Source of the DNA: a virus
Taxonomy: Duplodnaviria; Heunggongvirae; Uroviricota; Caudoviricetes
Strand: one strand, 5' to 3'
Length of the DNA stretch: 64,000 nucleotides
Virus record (IMG/VR): IMGVR_UViG_650377940_000003
Location: 87,323-151,322 of that record
Under the pieces are notes generated by a model. The model was not told the origin of the DNA and made no database searches. It saw nothing but the letters and a program-made list of their open reading frames with translations. The position numbers and the translations under genes were made by a program. Below, piece after piece: positions 18,457-29,768 of the stretch (its first letter is position 1; every line of letters begins with the position of its first letter).

Positions 18457-20195
18457 ATGTAAAACTCTGGAAGGGGAGTAGGAACGACCTATCAGACCCG
18501 ATTGGAACGATTATGGAGAACAGAGGGGTTAAGGATTATAAGATCTACATGAACCTAGATGATTCTTGTCTGAATTCTCCGTGGGAACTGGACAACATGG
18601 AAGATGCTGTCCGGCTGTTGAACAAACATATCTGGAATAAGTCTATTATCTCTATCCTTGTAGACTGTGATGTGGATGGATTCACAAGTGCTTCAATGAT
18701 GTTTCAGTATTTGAAGACGATTGGTTATTTTGGAAAAATCAATGTTCTGCATCATAGTGGCAAAGAACACGGACTCTCTAAAGAAATTGAAGTTCCACCT
18801 GAAACTACCTTGCTGATTATTCCTGATGCTGGCAGCAATGATGTTGAGCAGTGTAAGGAACTTCGTGATAATGGCATCGATATTCTGATTCTTGACCATC
18901 ACATCTGCGACAGAGAGAATCCTTACGCAGTAATCGTCAATAACCAGAATGGTACATATCCTAATAAGGAATTGTCTGGCGCTGGCGTGGTGTATAAGTT
19001 CCTTCAGGCTGTTGATGAATATAATTGGACTGATGTTGCAGACAGGTATCTTGATCTAGTGGCCGTCGGAAATATCGGTGACGTCATGGATATGCACTCA
19101 CACGAGACAAAGCGCCTTTGCACGAAAGGTCTTGCGAGAATTGTGAATCCAATGATTTGCGCTCTGGTTGAAGCGAATAGCTTCAATATTAAGGGTGACC
19201 CGACTATCAATGATGTTCAGTTCTACATCGTTCCGATGATGAATGCACTGATTCGTGTTGGTTCATCCGAGCAGAAGAAGCGGATGTTCCGTGCAATGGT
19301 CGGTGAGGAACAGACATTCCAGTACACTCCGACTCGTGGCAAGAATGCCGGTGTCACGATTGACGAGACTCTGGCACAGCATGTAGCTCGTGAGTGTTCG
19401 TCTTGCAAGTATCAGCAAAACAAGACCAAAGACAAGGCTGTCGCAGAGCTTCAAAACTGGATTTCTAAGTATGGAGCGGACAGAAGTAAAGTTTTGTTTT
19501 GTAATTCCACTGGCATTCTGGACAGTAATTTGACTGGCGTTGTAGCAATCAAGTTGGCTGAAATGTATGGTAAACCTTGCGTACTACTTCGAGAGATGGC
19601 CTGCCCTGAAGAGCCAGACGAGAATCAAGAGTATTTTGGTGGTTCAATGAGAAATCCTGACGGTTCTCCGATTGAAAGTTTAAAAGAGTTTTTGATGAGC
19701 ACCGGAGATTTTGAGTCGGTTCTTGGTCACGATAATGCCGCTGGCGTAAAAATCAAGAAAAAAAACGTACCAAAGGCGATTGCGGATTGCAATGAACTGC
19801 TTAAAGATGTCACGATGAGTAAGGCGATCGTGGTCGATTTTGATTTTGACTATAGTAAGTTGACTGTTGCATTGCCGAAGACCATGTATGAAATGCATAA
19901 AATCTGGGCACAGGGAATCTCCGAACCGTATTTCTACATTAAAAACATTCCGCTGATTCATAGTGGATGTGCTCCGATGGGCAAGAATGGTAATATGTGG
20001 AAATATTCTGATGAAGAAAAAGGCATTGATTTTGTGTGCTTTGCTGATAATGGCCGGATGATTGGCTGGATCAACAATGACTTTTATGGTGATCAGGAAG
20101 AAAAATACATCAATGCTGTATGCCGGTTATCTTTAAATCAGTACGGGAACAAAGTAACTCCGCAGGCGCAGATTGTTGATTTTGAGGTGATTTGA
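18453..20195 (+). CDS. DHH-family phosphoesterase, RecJ-like ssDNA exonuclease
   Basis: DHH motifs DCDVDG, IIPDAGSND, ILDHHI; ATGA start/stop overlap with primase. Confidence 0.6.
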   Translation: MNVKLWKGSRNDLSDPIGTIMENRGVKDYKIYMNLDDSCLNSPWELDNMEDAVRLLNKHIWNKSIISILVDCDVDGFTSASMMFQYLKTIGYFGKINVLHHSGKEHGLSKEIEVPPETTLLIIPDAGSNDVEQCKELRDNGIDILILDHHICDRENPYAVIVNNQNGTYPNKELSGAGVVYKFLQAVDEYNWTDVADRYLDLVAVGNIGDVMDMHSHETKRLCTKGLARIVNPMICALVEANSFNIKGDPTINDVQFYIVPMMNALIRVGSSEQKKRMFRAMVGEEQTFQYTPTRGKNAGVTIDETLAQHVARECSSCKYQQNKTKDKAVAELQNWISKYGADRSKVLFCNSTGILDSNLTGVVAIKLAEMYGKPCVLLREMACPEEPDENQEYFGGSMRNPDGSPIESLKEFLMSTGDFESVLGHDNAAGVKIKKKNVPKAIADCNELLKDVTMSKAIVVDFDFDYSKLTVALPKTMYEMHKIWAQGISEPYFYIKNIPLIHSGCAPMGKNGNMWKYSDEEKGIDFVCFADNGRMIGWINNDFYGDQEEKYINAVCRLSLNQYGNKVTPQAQIVDFEVI

Positions 20196-20196
20196 T

Positions 20197-20544
20197 ATGG
20201 GAAATTGGAAACGTGCTATCGCCATCGACTTTGATGGCACTCTCTGTGAAAATAATTACCCTGATATCGGTGAGCCAAATTGGAATGTCATTTATCAAGC
20301 AATTCAGGAACAGAAACACGGTGCTGGTCTGATTCTCTGGACTTGCCGTGAAGGAAAGCTTTTGTATGATGCAATGGAGGCTTGCTTTGATTGGGGCATT
20401 CAGTTTGATGCAATCAATGAGAGTCTTCCTGAGTGGAAAGAGCATTTTGGCACTGCTCCTAGAAAGGTTGTAGCTGATGAATATTGGGATGATAAGGCTA
20501 AGGTTGTAAAAAATGGAGAGTTGATTGACAATGCTGATGCCTGA
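20197..20544 (+). CDS. small HAD-like hydrolase
   Basis: HAD motif I AIDFDGTL. Confidence 0.3.
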   Translation: MGNWKRAIAIDFDGTLCENNYPDIGEPNWNVIYQAIQEQKHGAGLILWTCREGKLLYDAMEACFDWGIQFDAINESLPEWKEHFGTAPRKVVADEYWDDKAKVVKNGELIDNADA

Positions 20545-20716
20545 ACAGTTTGAAGCAGACGTTAAAGAATTTATCGCAGAATGCCAAAGCCATCCAGTGA
20601 TAGATTTATCAAAAGATGATCCATGCGAAGGATGTCGCTTTGAGGACTTTTGCGATAGGTTTTATCCGGGCGATGGTAGCACATGGCATTGGCGAGTTTA
20701 TGAGAGGGGTGAATGA

Positions 20717-21478
20717 ATGGTTTACATTACAGGCGATATTCATGGCGATTTTAATCGTCTCTTAGAGTTAAATAAATTTTGCATTAAACACAATCTTGGA
20801 AAGAATGATTGGATTATCTGTCTTGGTGATGTTGGTCTAAACTATTATGGTAAGGATAACATCAACGAATGGAGAGTTAAGACCATTGCTGCGGACATCC
20901 CTGCGAATTTATTCTGTATTCATGGAAATCACGAACGCCGCCCGTCTCGTAAGGATGGTTATAGGACAAAGGAAATCAGTGGAGATATTTGTGGTAAGGT
21001 GTGGCATGATTCACATTATCCCAATCAGTATTTTGCTATTGATGGCGAAGTTTACCAGATTCTTGCTGATAGGGAAATTCTGAACTGTCTTGTTTGCGGC
21101 GGAGCATATTCTGTAGATAAATATTATCGGTTGGAACGTGGATGGAACTGGTGGCCGGACGAACAGCCTAATGAGAAGACTAAGAAAAAGATCTGGAATA
21201 TTACACATGACCCTCAAATCGATGATATTGATGTTATGCTCACGCATACCTGTCCATTTCGGTTCATTCCAACTGAATTGTTTATCGGTGGTATTGATCA
21301 AAGCACAGTAGACCAGTCAACTGAAATATTCTTTGATAATATATACGAATGTTATCCTAACGATTGTAAACCATTCTGGTACTTCGGCCATTTCCATGGC
21401 AACAAGTACACCGATGACTATGTGATGCTTTTCGACGATATTATTAAGTTTGGAGATAAGGTGAATACGAATGAGTGA
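20717..21478 (+). CDS. calcineurin-like metallophosphoesterase
   Basis: GDIHGD...GDVG...GNHE motifs. Confidence 0.6.
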   Translation: MVYITGDIHGDFNRLLELNKFCIKHNLGKNDWIICLGDVGLNYYGKDNINEWRVKTIAADIPANLFCIHGNHERRPSRKDGYRTKEISGDICGKVWHDSHYPNQYFAIDGEVYQILADREILNCLVCGGAYSVDKYYRLERGWNWWPDEQPNEKTKKKIWNITHDPQIDDIDVMLTHTCPFRFIPTELFIGGIDQSTVDQSTEIFFDNIYECYPNDCKPFWYFGHFHGNKYTDDYVMLFDDIIKFGDKVNTNE

Positions 21479-21744
21479 ATATCATGTGAGCTGTGGTATG
21501 TTTGGTATTTACGCAGGAACTGTTAAAAAGAATGGAACCGAATGGAAGGATAAAACTCGTGTCACGGATGAAGCTATCGAGGCAGTTCGTGATTGGCTTC
21601 TTTCTGAAGCTCAGTTCAACAATAGAACTTTTGGTGGATACACATGGACAACAAAGGACGGTAAGACTGTAACTTTGAGAGTGTCTATCGAAGATAAGGA
21701 GCAGACAGAATGAATTTAAATAGTATGAAAGGTGGTGTTGCCTG

Positions 21745-24700
21745 ATGAGTAGCAGTTTACATATGCACTCATACTTTTAGCTTGCTCGATGGGTTCTCTT
21801 CTCCTGAAGAAAATCTAAAAAGAGCATCGGAACTTGGCTTGAAAGCTATTGCCATTACGGAACATGGTGAGGTGACAAGCTGGCCGTATTACTCAGAACT
21901 AAAAGACAAGTATCCTGACGTAAAGCTTCTTTATGGTATCGAGGCATATGAGTGCGAGGATAGGGAAGTAAAGGACAAGAACAGTAAATACTGGCATCTG
22001 ATCATCATCGCAAAGAATGAGGCTGGTCGTCAGACGGTTAATCGCTTATCTACACTCGGTCATCTTCATGGCTTTTATAGCCGTCCTCGTATCACAAAAG
22101 AGGATATCGCTAAGGAAGATACGAATAATTTGATTATCCTGTCTGCTTGTTTGGCGAGTAGACTGTCCAAAACGGATGATTATGACACTTGTGTCAAGCT
22201 AGTTCAAGAGTATAAGAGTTTATTCCCTCACTATTATCTTGAGGTTCAGGCTCATGCAAATAGTGAACAAGCAAAATACAATCAGAAAATCATGCGGTTG
22301 GCAAACGACACTCATACAAAAGTAGTCGTCACAAACGATGTTCATGCTGCCACAAAAGAAGCTCTGTATTATCAAGACTACTTTCTGAGAATTGCTCATG
22401 ATACAGAAACTGCCGCAGAAATCTACGAAGAATGCTACTTTATGTCTCGCAGGGAGCAACATGAAGTCCTTGACGGTCAGATTGGATATGATGCGGCAGA
22501 ATGGTGTATCAACAATACCGATGAGATTGCTGACCTATGTGATTATGTGGATATGCCTTGGCACGAACCTGAACTTCCCAAAATCGAGATTCCTCCACAG
22601 TATTCCAACTCAGCAGCTTACTTAAAAGACCTTGTGAAAGAGGGATGGAAGAAACGCGGCATTGACAAGTTTGATGTAGAAAAGCAGAAGATCTATCGTA
22701 AGCGTGTTGATGACGAGCTGTTTGTCATTGAGAAGAAAGACTTCTGTGATTATTTTTTGATTCTGGTTGATTACATCAACTGGTGTAAGAAAAATGATGT
22801 CATTGTTGGCCCTGGTCGTGGTTCTGCCGCTGGTTCACTTGTATGTTACCTGATTGGCATTACGCAACTTGATTCCATCAAATACGAGCTTGATTTCGGA
22901 CGATTCCTTACCATTGAACGAAAAGACCTTCCCGACGTTGATGTAGATGTCAGTGATCGTGCCAAGGTTGTCGAGTATCTGACACGGAAGTACGGTGAAG
23001 ATCGAGTAGTTCAGGTTATGAATATCGTGTACACCACTCCGGTCACTTCGATTCAGGATGTTGGCAAGGTGCTCGGTTTCCCGTATGCTGAGATTAGAAA
23101 AATCAGCGAGAAATTCGTTCAAAAGACATGGAAGGATTGTCTTGAAGCAAATCCAGAAGTGGCTGAGAATCCGAGATACAAAGAACTGCTTGATATTGCA
23201 GAGCACATCAATGGTCGCCCACGAGGGTATGGTATCCATGCTGGCGGTGTTATTGTCTGCCGACATCCTTATTATGAGTATATCGGTATCCGACACGGTG
23301 CCGATGGAGAGCACGTTATCTCTGTTGATAAGGTGATGGACGAGAAAATTGGACTTGTTAAGTTTGATATTCTTGGCGTTGCATCGCTTGTGGCTATTGA
23401 TGAGGCAAAGCGTGAGGACAATATTCCAGACTGGGAAATTGACATTAACAATCCTGAGTTTGAAAATGACAAGGCATCCTATGATTTGATTTGTTCTGGC
23501 CGGACAGACAATCTATTCCAGATTGAGTCGTCTGGTATGAAGGATCTGGTTGCACAGCTTCAGCCGAGGTCGATTGAGGAGCTGTCAGCATTGATTGCTC
23601 TTTATCGTCCTGACGCAATGCCGTCTATTCCTACATACGTTGATTGCAAGTATCATCCAGAACACATTCATTATTTCCATCCTGATATGGAACCAATTTT
23701 CCGCAGCACCTATGGCGTGAACATCTATCAGGAACAGAGTATGAAGCTCACAAAGGTCTTTGGTGGCCGAAGCGATGCTGGTGCTGATAGAATGCGTAAG
23801 TGCTTAGCAAAGAAGAAACCTGAGAAGGTCAAGGAAGAGGTAGAACTTCTTCACGATGAAATTCTTGCAAATGGATACGATAAAGCAACCGCCGAGTATA
23901 TTTGTAACGAGTTGTCAACGAAGGGCGGCTACGGCTTCAACGCTAGTCATTCTCAAGCATACGCCGTCATCTGTCTTCAGACCGCATACTTGAAAGCCCA
24001 TCATCCGCTTGCGTTCTTTAAGGCTATGCTGAACCTGAATAAAGCAAAGGTCGGTAAGGTCAATAAGATTATGGTGGACGCACGCAGCTTTGATATTCAG
24101 ATTCTTCCTCCGAGTATCAATCGTTCCGGCATGGATTTTACTGTGTCAAATGGTAAAATCCTATTTGGCTTGTCTGCTATCGGTGGTATTGGCAATACAC
24201 TTGCTGAGACTATCATTGCAGAACGAGATAGGAATGGAAAATTTAAGGGACTTGATGATTTCACGAGTCGTGTTCGTGCAACGAAAGCGCAGATCATTGC
24301 GTTGGTCAAATCCGGTGCGATTCCTACAAAAAACAAACGAATATTCTTGGAAAAGTACATTGCCAGCGGTTTGGAACAATCTGAGTTTAAACCAGTCAGT
24401 ACACTTCCTACCAAGGCAGTTTTGCTGAGTAAGTGGGATATTGATACAGAGCATTATAAGGTTGGTAAGAAGGTTGATAAAGAAACCGTCCTACGAATCT
24501 ATAATGAAAAGCGCCGTGTCGTACATGAAACTGAAAAACTCAAGAAAAAGGAAGCGTACATGGCCGAGCAGTCAGAGAAGTATTTGAAGGACGAGCAATT
24601 CTGGGAGTTCCAGACGTTGCAGACGTTTATTATCGATAAGAATCCGTTTGAAAAGGCATACGAATACATTAAGGATTTCTCTGAGCTTGAAACTGGTGAC

Positions 24701-24961
24701 TCCTGTGTACTGGTTGGTATTATCGCAAAGATTCAAAAGAAGAAAACAAAGACTGGTATGCAGTTTGCGTTTGTGAATCTGTATTCTGGCGATGGTATCA
24801 TTGAGTTGACAGTATGGCCGAGAATCTTGTCAGATTATCAGGATTTGATTGTAAAGGGAAGTCAGGTAGCTGTGCTTGGAAAGAAGGAAGATGAATCACA
24901 CGTTATTGCAAACGACTTCAAACCTTACAAGCAGTGGCTACATGATAGAGAGATAGCGTAA
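21745..24961 (+). CDS. dnaE: DNA polymerase III alpha subunit (DnaE-type); N-terminal 12 codons (MSSSLHMHSYF) out of frame because of an extra T in T4 run 21775-21778
   Basis: PHP start HMHS.YFSLLDG split across frames; GPGRGSAAGSLVCYLIGIT palm motif; 1059-aa main ORF 21782..24961; RBS GAAAGGTGGTG before ATG 21745. Confidence 0.85.
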
Positions 24962-24973
24962 GAGGGTTATAAA

Positions 24974-27304
24974 GTGGCAGATAAGAAATTTAATGAAAAT
25001 ATGATTCGTTGCTACATCAGGATAAAACGAGTCTTTTATCCGAAAGATGGGAGGGAGGTGGAGCCCGGCGGCTTCGCCACTTTCTCTGCCGAGGTGGTAA
25101 AAGTCAAGCAGGGAAATCCTATCATGAGTCGATATAGTGACCTCCGACTGAAGGGCAATGTCCCTAGTCTTGATATGAATAAAACTTATTCGTTCTGTGG
25201 TGAGTATGTTCATCATGAAAAGTTTGGTGATCAGTACAAAATCATCTACATGAATGAGTTTCAAGAGATCACTGACCCGGAAGAACAAAAAAGCTTTCTC
25301 CGTTTTATTTTGACCGATCATCAGTTTGAGATGCTTTATGAAGCATTCGATAATCCGTATGAAGTTATCAAGAATGGTGACATCAAGGCTCTTTGTACTA
25401 TTAGCGGTATTACGGAAGGTCGAGCACAAAAGATCATTGACTCTTTTGAACGCAACATTGATAACAGTGAAGCGTACACAAAACTGATTGAGTACGGTCT
25501 GACTCCCAGTGCTATTGAAAAGCTTGTTCGTCAGTATCACGGTGCAGACATTCTGGTAAAAAAGATTGAGGAGAATCCTTACGTCCTGATTGATGATGTG
25601 TATGGTATCGGCTGGAAAAAAGCTGACGCTATTGCTTTGAATATGGGCTTAAAGCACAATTCGCAATTTAGAATCGAAGCTTACGTCATGCATTTTCTTG
25701 CCGCTCGTGCCGAAGAAGGTAACTCTATTATCCCGGCAAACCAGACAATCAATAGCTGTATTAAGGAACTTGATTTGAACGAGGGTGATCAAGAAGTCAT
25801 CAAAAGGGCACTTTTCCATTTACATGATGTCCGTGAAACGCTTTGGTGGAGTGATGACCGTCAGGAATTTGCTTTAACTAGAGTGTGGAATCTTGAAGAT
25901 AAAATCGCAAAGGAAATCAAGCGACTGGCTGATGCACCTGTTGAGCCGATTGGTCGAAACATGGATGCTGCAATCAATGAAGCCGGGAATGCGCTTGGCA
26001 TCGAGTATACTGAGGAGCAAAGAGATGCTATTAAAAAGGTATGCTCTAGCAACGTCTGTATCTTAACAGGCTACGGCGGAACTGGTAAAAGTACCGTTGT
26101 CGCTGGTGTTTTAAAGGTTCTTCGTGGCAAGTCTTTCGCTCAGACTGCACTTTCTGGTCGTGCCGCAGCTCGTATGCAGGAGATTACTGGTCAGGATGGA
26201 AAGACCATTCACCGTCTTCTTGGCTACGACATCGAGAATGGTGGTTTCATCCATAACAAGGACAATCCTCTTGAAGAAGACATTATTATTCTGGATGAGA
26301 CCTCTATGGTTGGAGCTCAGTTATTCTATGACTTGATTCAGGCAATCGAGACCGGCAAGCGATTCATCATGATTGGTGATGACGGCCAGCTTGAGAGTAT
26401 TGGTATGTGTAACATCTTCAAGGATATGCTTGCATCTAAGGTTGTTCCTGTGGCTCGTTTGACTAAGATCCATCGTCAGGCAGCTAAGTCTGCAATTATC
26501 ACGGAAAGCATTAAGGTTCGTAACGCTACGCAGTTGGTGCCTTATGGCTGGGCTGGTAGTGAGATTCGTGGTGAACTTCGTGATTTGGAGCTTGATATCT
26601 ATAAGGATGCAAGTGAGTCGTTCAACCATATCATCAATCAGTACCGTACCTTATATAATAAGGTGGGGAATGATAGTGCGAAGATTCAGATTGTACTTCC
26701 ACAGAAGCTTCGTGGCAGTATTTGCACCTACGAAGTAAACAATGCTATTCAGGAGATTGTAAATCCGAGTCGTGGTCAGGCGGAAGCAAAGGTCACTATC
26801 TATGGAGATGGCAAGGACAGAGAATATACTTTGCGTGAGGGCGATCAGGTCATCATCAACAAGAACAACTACGAGCTTCACACATACAATCTCAAGACAA
26901 AGAAAAAGGAAGAGAAGTGTCCGGTGTTCAACGGAAACCGTGGCATTATCCGAAAGATTGAGAGCAGCTTTATTCTGGTTGATTTTGACCAGTGGGGCAC
27001 GATCTTTATTCCACATTATTTTGGTGGGAATAACATCTGGGCAACGCTTGAACTTGCCTATGCTCTGAGTTGTCATAAACTGCAGGGCAGTGAGGCTCCG
27101 TATGTGATTGTTGGCATGGACAATTCTGCGTACCTGATGTTGACGAGAGAATGGCTCTATACGGCCATCACTCGTGCCAAGAAGTATTGTGTGATTTGTG
27201 CCGAAACTCATGCTCTTGATCGGGCTGCAAAGACTTCGAGAGTTCCATATAAGCGGACGTTCTTGAAGGAATTTTTACGGAAAGAATTTGCAGAAAAGCA
27301 TTGA
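24974..27304 (+). CDS. RecD/Dda-like SF1B DNA helicase with HhH region
   Basis: Motifs GYGGTGKST (I), IILDETSMV (II), IMIGDDGQLESIG (III), IHRQ (IV), VGMDNSAYLMLTREWLYTAITRAKK (VI). Confidence 0.7.
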   Translation: MADKKFNENMIRCYIRIKRVFYPKDGREVEPGGFATFSAEVVKVKQGNPIMSRYSDLRLKGNVPSLDMNKTYSFCGEYVHHEKFGDQYKIIYMNEFQEITDPEEQKSFLRFILTDHQFEMLYEAFDNPYEVIKNGDIKALCTISGITEGRAQKIIDSFERNIDNSEAYTKLIEYGLTPSAIEKLVRQYHGADILVKKIEENPYVLIDDVYGIGWKKADAIALNMGLKHNSQFRIEAYVMHFLAARAEEGNSIIPANQTINSCIKELDLNEGDQEVIKRALFHLHDVRETLWWSDDRQEFALTRVWNLEDKIAKEIKRLADAPVEPIGRNMDAAINEAGNALGIEYTEEQRDAIKKVCSSNVCILTGYGGTGKSTVVAGVLKVLRGKSFAQTALSGRAAARMQEITGQDGKTIHRLLGYDIENGGFIHNKDNPLEEDIIILDETSMVGAQLFYDLIQAIETGKRFIMIGDDGQLESIGMCNIFKDMLASKVVPVARLTKIHRQAAKSAIITESIKVRNATQLVPYGWAGSEIRGELRDLELDIYKDASESFNHIINQYRTLYNKVGNDSAKIQIVLPQKLRGSICTYEVNNAIQEIVNPSRGQAEAKVTIYGDGKDREYTLREGDQVIINKNNYELHTYNLKTKKKEEKCPVFNGNRGIIRKIESSFILVDFDQWGTIFIPHYFGGNNIWATLELAYALSCHKLQGSEAPYVIVGMDNSAYLMLTREWLYTAITRAKKYCVICAETHALDRAAKTSRVPYKRTFLKEFLRKEFAEKH

Positions 27305-27329
27305 CAATTATGTGCGTATCCTGTATAAT
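27301..27329 (+). promoter_or_regulatory. consensus sigma70 promoter TTGACA-17-TATAAT overlapping an inverted motif copy
   Basis: TTGACA 27301-27306, TATAAT 27324-27329; motif GTATCCTGTATAATATAGTT at 27317-27336. Confidence 0.65.
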
Positions 27330-27341
27330 ATAGTTACAAAA

Positions 27342-27360
27342 AGTCTCCGCCCCGGAGGCT
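27342..27360 (+). terminator. short GC hairpin between inverted motif copies
   Basis: AGTCTCCGCCCCGGAGGCT stem-loop; weak T tract. Confidence 0.35.
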
Positions 27361-27375
27361 TAAAATTCTCTCTTT

Positions 27376-27464
27376 AACTATATAATACAGGATACGGGAA
27401 AGAAATGGCTTGCTCGTAACGACAAGCCTTTCTTTATTAGCTATAACTATATAACACAGGATAC
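27376..27464 (+). promoter_or_regulatory. two direct motif copies (27376-27395 and 27438-27464) flanking a tiny ORF/hairpin (GGCTTGCTCGTAACGACAAGCC) upstream of the ligase gene
   Basis: AACTATATAATACAGGATAC and TAGCTATAACTATATAACACAGGATAC; hairpin followed by TTTCTTTATT. Confidence 0.55.
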
Positions 27465-27477
27465 GCAAGGAGGCTTT

Positions 27478-28809
27478 ATGACAGATAAAGAGCTCATAGG
27501 TAAGCTTAATGCGATGGTTAAGGCATTGCAGAAAGCAAAGAAAAAGACGGACAAGACCCGCATTTTGTTGGATGCACGTAAGGATTTTGGAGATGAAGCT
27601 GACGAGCTAATGGCATTCTTCAAATTCCTGCTTGACCCAGCGATTGTGACTGGCCTGTCTGATGCAAAGATCAACAAGAAGGTAACGGCAAAGCCTGATA
27701 TCGATATTCAGTATCTCAGCTGCGGATACCTTTATATTATGGGTGCTGGGCATAATACTGGCTCTGATGCATCCATTGTAACAATCCAGAATTATTTACA
27801 TAAAAATCCTGAATACGAAGAGTTTCTGAAGCGACTGTTCACTAAGAACTTGCCGATTGGAGTCGAGGCAGCGACCATCAATAAAGTGTACGGCGAAGAG
27901 ATTATTCCAGTCTGGGAGGTCCAGCAGGGATATCCGATTGATAAGGTAAAGCTGAAGGATGGCATTTGGTTCAGTTTGAGCCAGAAGATGAATGGCAATA
28001 GGGGCACCATGTATAAAGGCGAGCTCATCTCTCGGCAGGCTCAGAAGTTTAAAGGGCTCGACCATATAAAGAATGATCTGCTCGCTCTATACGACGAAGA
28101 CGCCTCAAGGCGAGATGCGTGGGTGTTTGATGGTGAGCTGATCTACAAGAACCCAGAAAGAATGTCGGACGGAGAGGCTTTTCGTTATGGCACTGGCCTA
28201 CTTAATTCTGATAACAAGGACAAGACTGGAATCAAATTTGTGATTTTTGATGTGATTCCTGTTGTAGAGTTCGACCGTGGAAAGTGTACTATCCCATATA
28301 AAATTCGCCGTATTGGGTTAAATTGTCTTCGCGCAGAGATTACTCGCAAGCACCTTGAGAATATTGAAATTGTTCCAATGGTATATGAAGGTACTGACCA
28401 GAGTGTGATTCCGAAGTGGCTTGATTATGCTGTCGAACACGATTGGGAAGGTCTTATGTTGAACACGGATGTCCCTTATCGCCGGGCTCGTCACAACGGA
28501 TGTCTCAAAATCAAGCGATTCTATACGGTCGATCTGCGAATCACAGCGATTGAGGAAGGTCAGAACCGTCTGGCTGGTACGATGGGCGCTCTTGTTGTTG
28601 ACTACAAGGGTAACGAACTTCGTGTTGGTTCCGGTTTTGATGATGCTACGAGAGCTGCTGTGTGGGCGAATCCCGATAATTACATCGGTAAGATTGTGGA
28701 ATGTAAGTACAAAGAGGTCACGATGGACAAAAAGACTGGCCTTGAGTCTCTGCAATTCCCGACGTTTGTACGATTCCGAGATGATAAGAACGAAGTAAGC
28801 TACGGCTAA
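27478..28809 (+). CDS. ATP-dependent DNA ligase
   Basis: Motif I KMNGNRG, motif III FDGELI, motif IV FVIFDV, motif V EGLMLN and LKIK. Confidence 0.75.
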   Translation: MTDKELIGKLNAMVKALQKAKKKTDKTRILLDARKDFGDEADELMAFFKFLLDPAIVTGLSDAKINKKVTAKPDIDIQYLSCGYLYIMGAGHNTGSDASIVTIQNYLHKNPEYEEFLKRLFTKNLPIGVEAATINKVYGEEIIPVWEVQQGYPIDKVKLKDGIWFSLSQKMNGNRGTMYKGELISRQAQKFKGLDHIKNDLLALYDEDASRRDAWVFDGELIYKNPERMSDGEAFRYGTGLLNSDNKDKTGIKFVIFDVIPVVEFDRGKCTIPYKIRRIGLNCLRAEITRKHLENIEIVPMVYEGTDQSVIPKWLDYAVEHDWEGLMLNTDVPYRRARHNGCLKIKRFYTVDLRITAIEEGQNRLAGTMGALVVDYKGNELRVGSGFDDATRAAVWANPDNYIGKIVECKYKEVTMDKKTGLESLQFPTFVRFRDDKNEVSYG

Positions 28810-28819
28810 GGAGAAAGCT

Positions 28820-29092
28820 ATGAATCTTTCTAAGAAGTCCATTAAGCACATTCTTCGGATTCTGGATAACAAATGTGTTGAAGTTCCTACAAAGGCATCT
28901 GCTTATAGCAATGGTGGACGTAGAATTTTGACTCGTGATTTTGAACCAAAGGAGTCACACGGAATGAATGGCTGGCAACGGATCGTCTATGTACCGTCCG
29001 AAGGATATTTCTACGGAATTTATAATGGAAAATCGGAAGAAGATTGGGATATTCCAGATATCTGGTCTCCTGCACAGCTTGCTGATTTGTGA
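28820..29092 (+). CDS. hypothetical protein
   Basis: ORF with RBS. Confidence 0.3.
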   Translation: MNLSKKSIKHILRILDNKCVEVPTKASAYSNGGRRILTRDFEPKESHGMNGWQRIVYVPSEGYFYGIYNGKSEEDWDIPDIWSPAQLADL

Positions 29093-29768
29093 GGTTTTAT
29101 AATGTTTATTTTGACGCAGCATCGAGCCGAAATTGTTGATACCAGTAAATGTTTTGGAATTTGCATTGTAGACGATACGACAGTTATTAGAGCGTATTGC
29201 AATGATACAAGTAACTGGATAATGCTTGGTTTCTACAAAACAAGAGAACGAGCAAAGGATGTAATTCAAGAGATTAACACTGCTCTTTGTGAAAACCGTA
29301 TTAGCTTCGATATGCCGGAGGATTAAAATGCTACTTTTAACGCTAGATGGAGAGATTATAAATCTTGACCGCATGGCAATCATTGATACCGCAAGCCTTA
29401 ATGTTTATGCAAGGCAGGGCATGGGTGAGCGTGGAATTGTTCTTGGCAGCTATGACTCCGAAAGTAGATGCTATGACGTTATTGCAAATATTTTTGACTG
29501 CTATCGAAAAAATGAGAAAGCATACATAATGCCAAAATGAATGATTTTAAAAAACTAGCTATCCCAAAGAAAGAACGACTTGAAGTTCAACTTACGGATG
29601 GCACAGAAGAACACAATATATTGTACATAATCACATCTCTAGCCACTATTAAAGGTGCTGAGATTTTTAAAAATTTTCGTTTGTATTCTGTAGGCTCCGC
29701 CGGGGAGCTCAACTTATTAGAGAAGCGAGACGGCGATCCCTACTTTGATAAGCTGAAAGGAACAGAAT

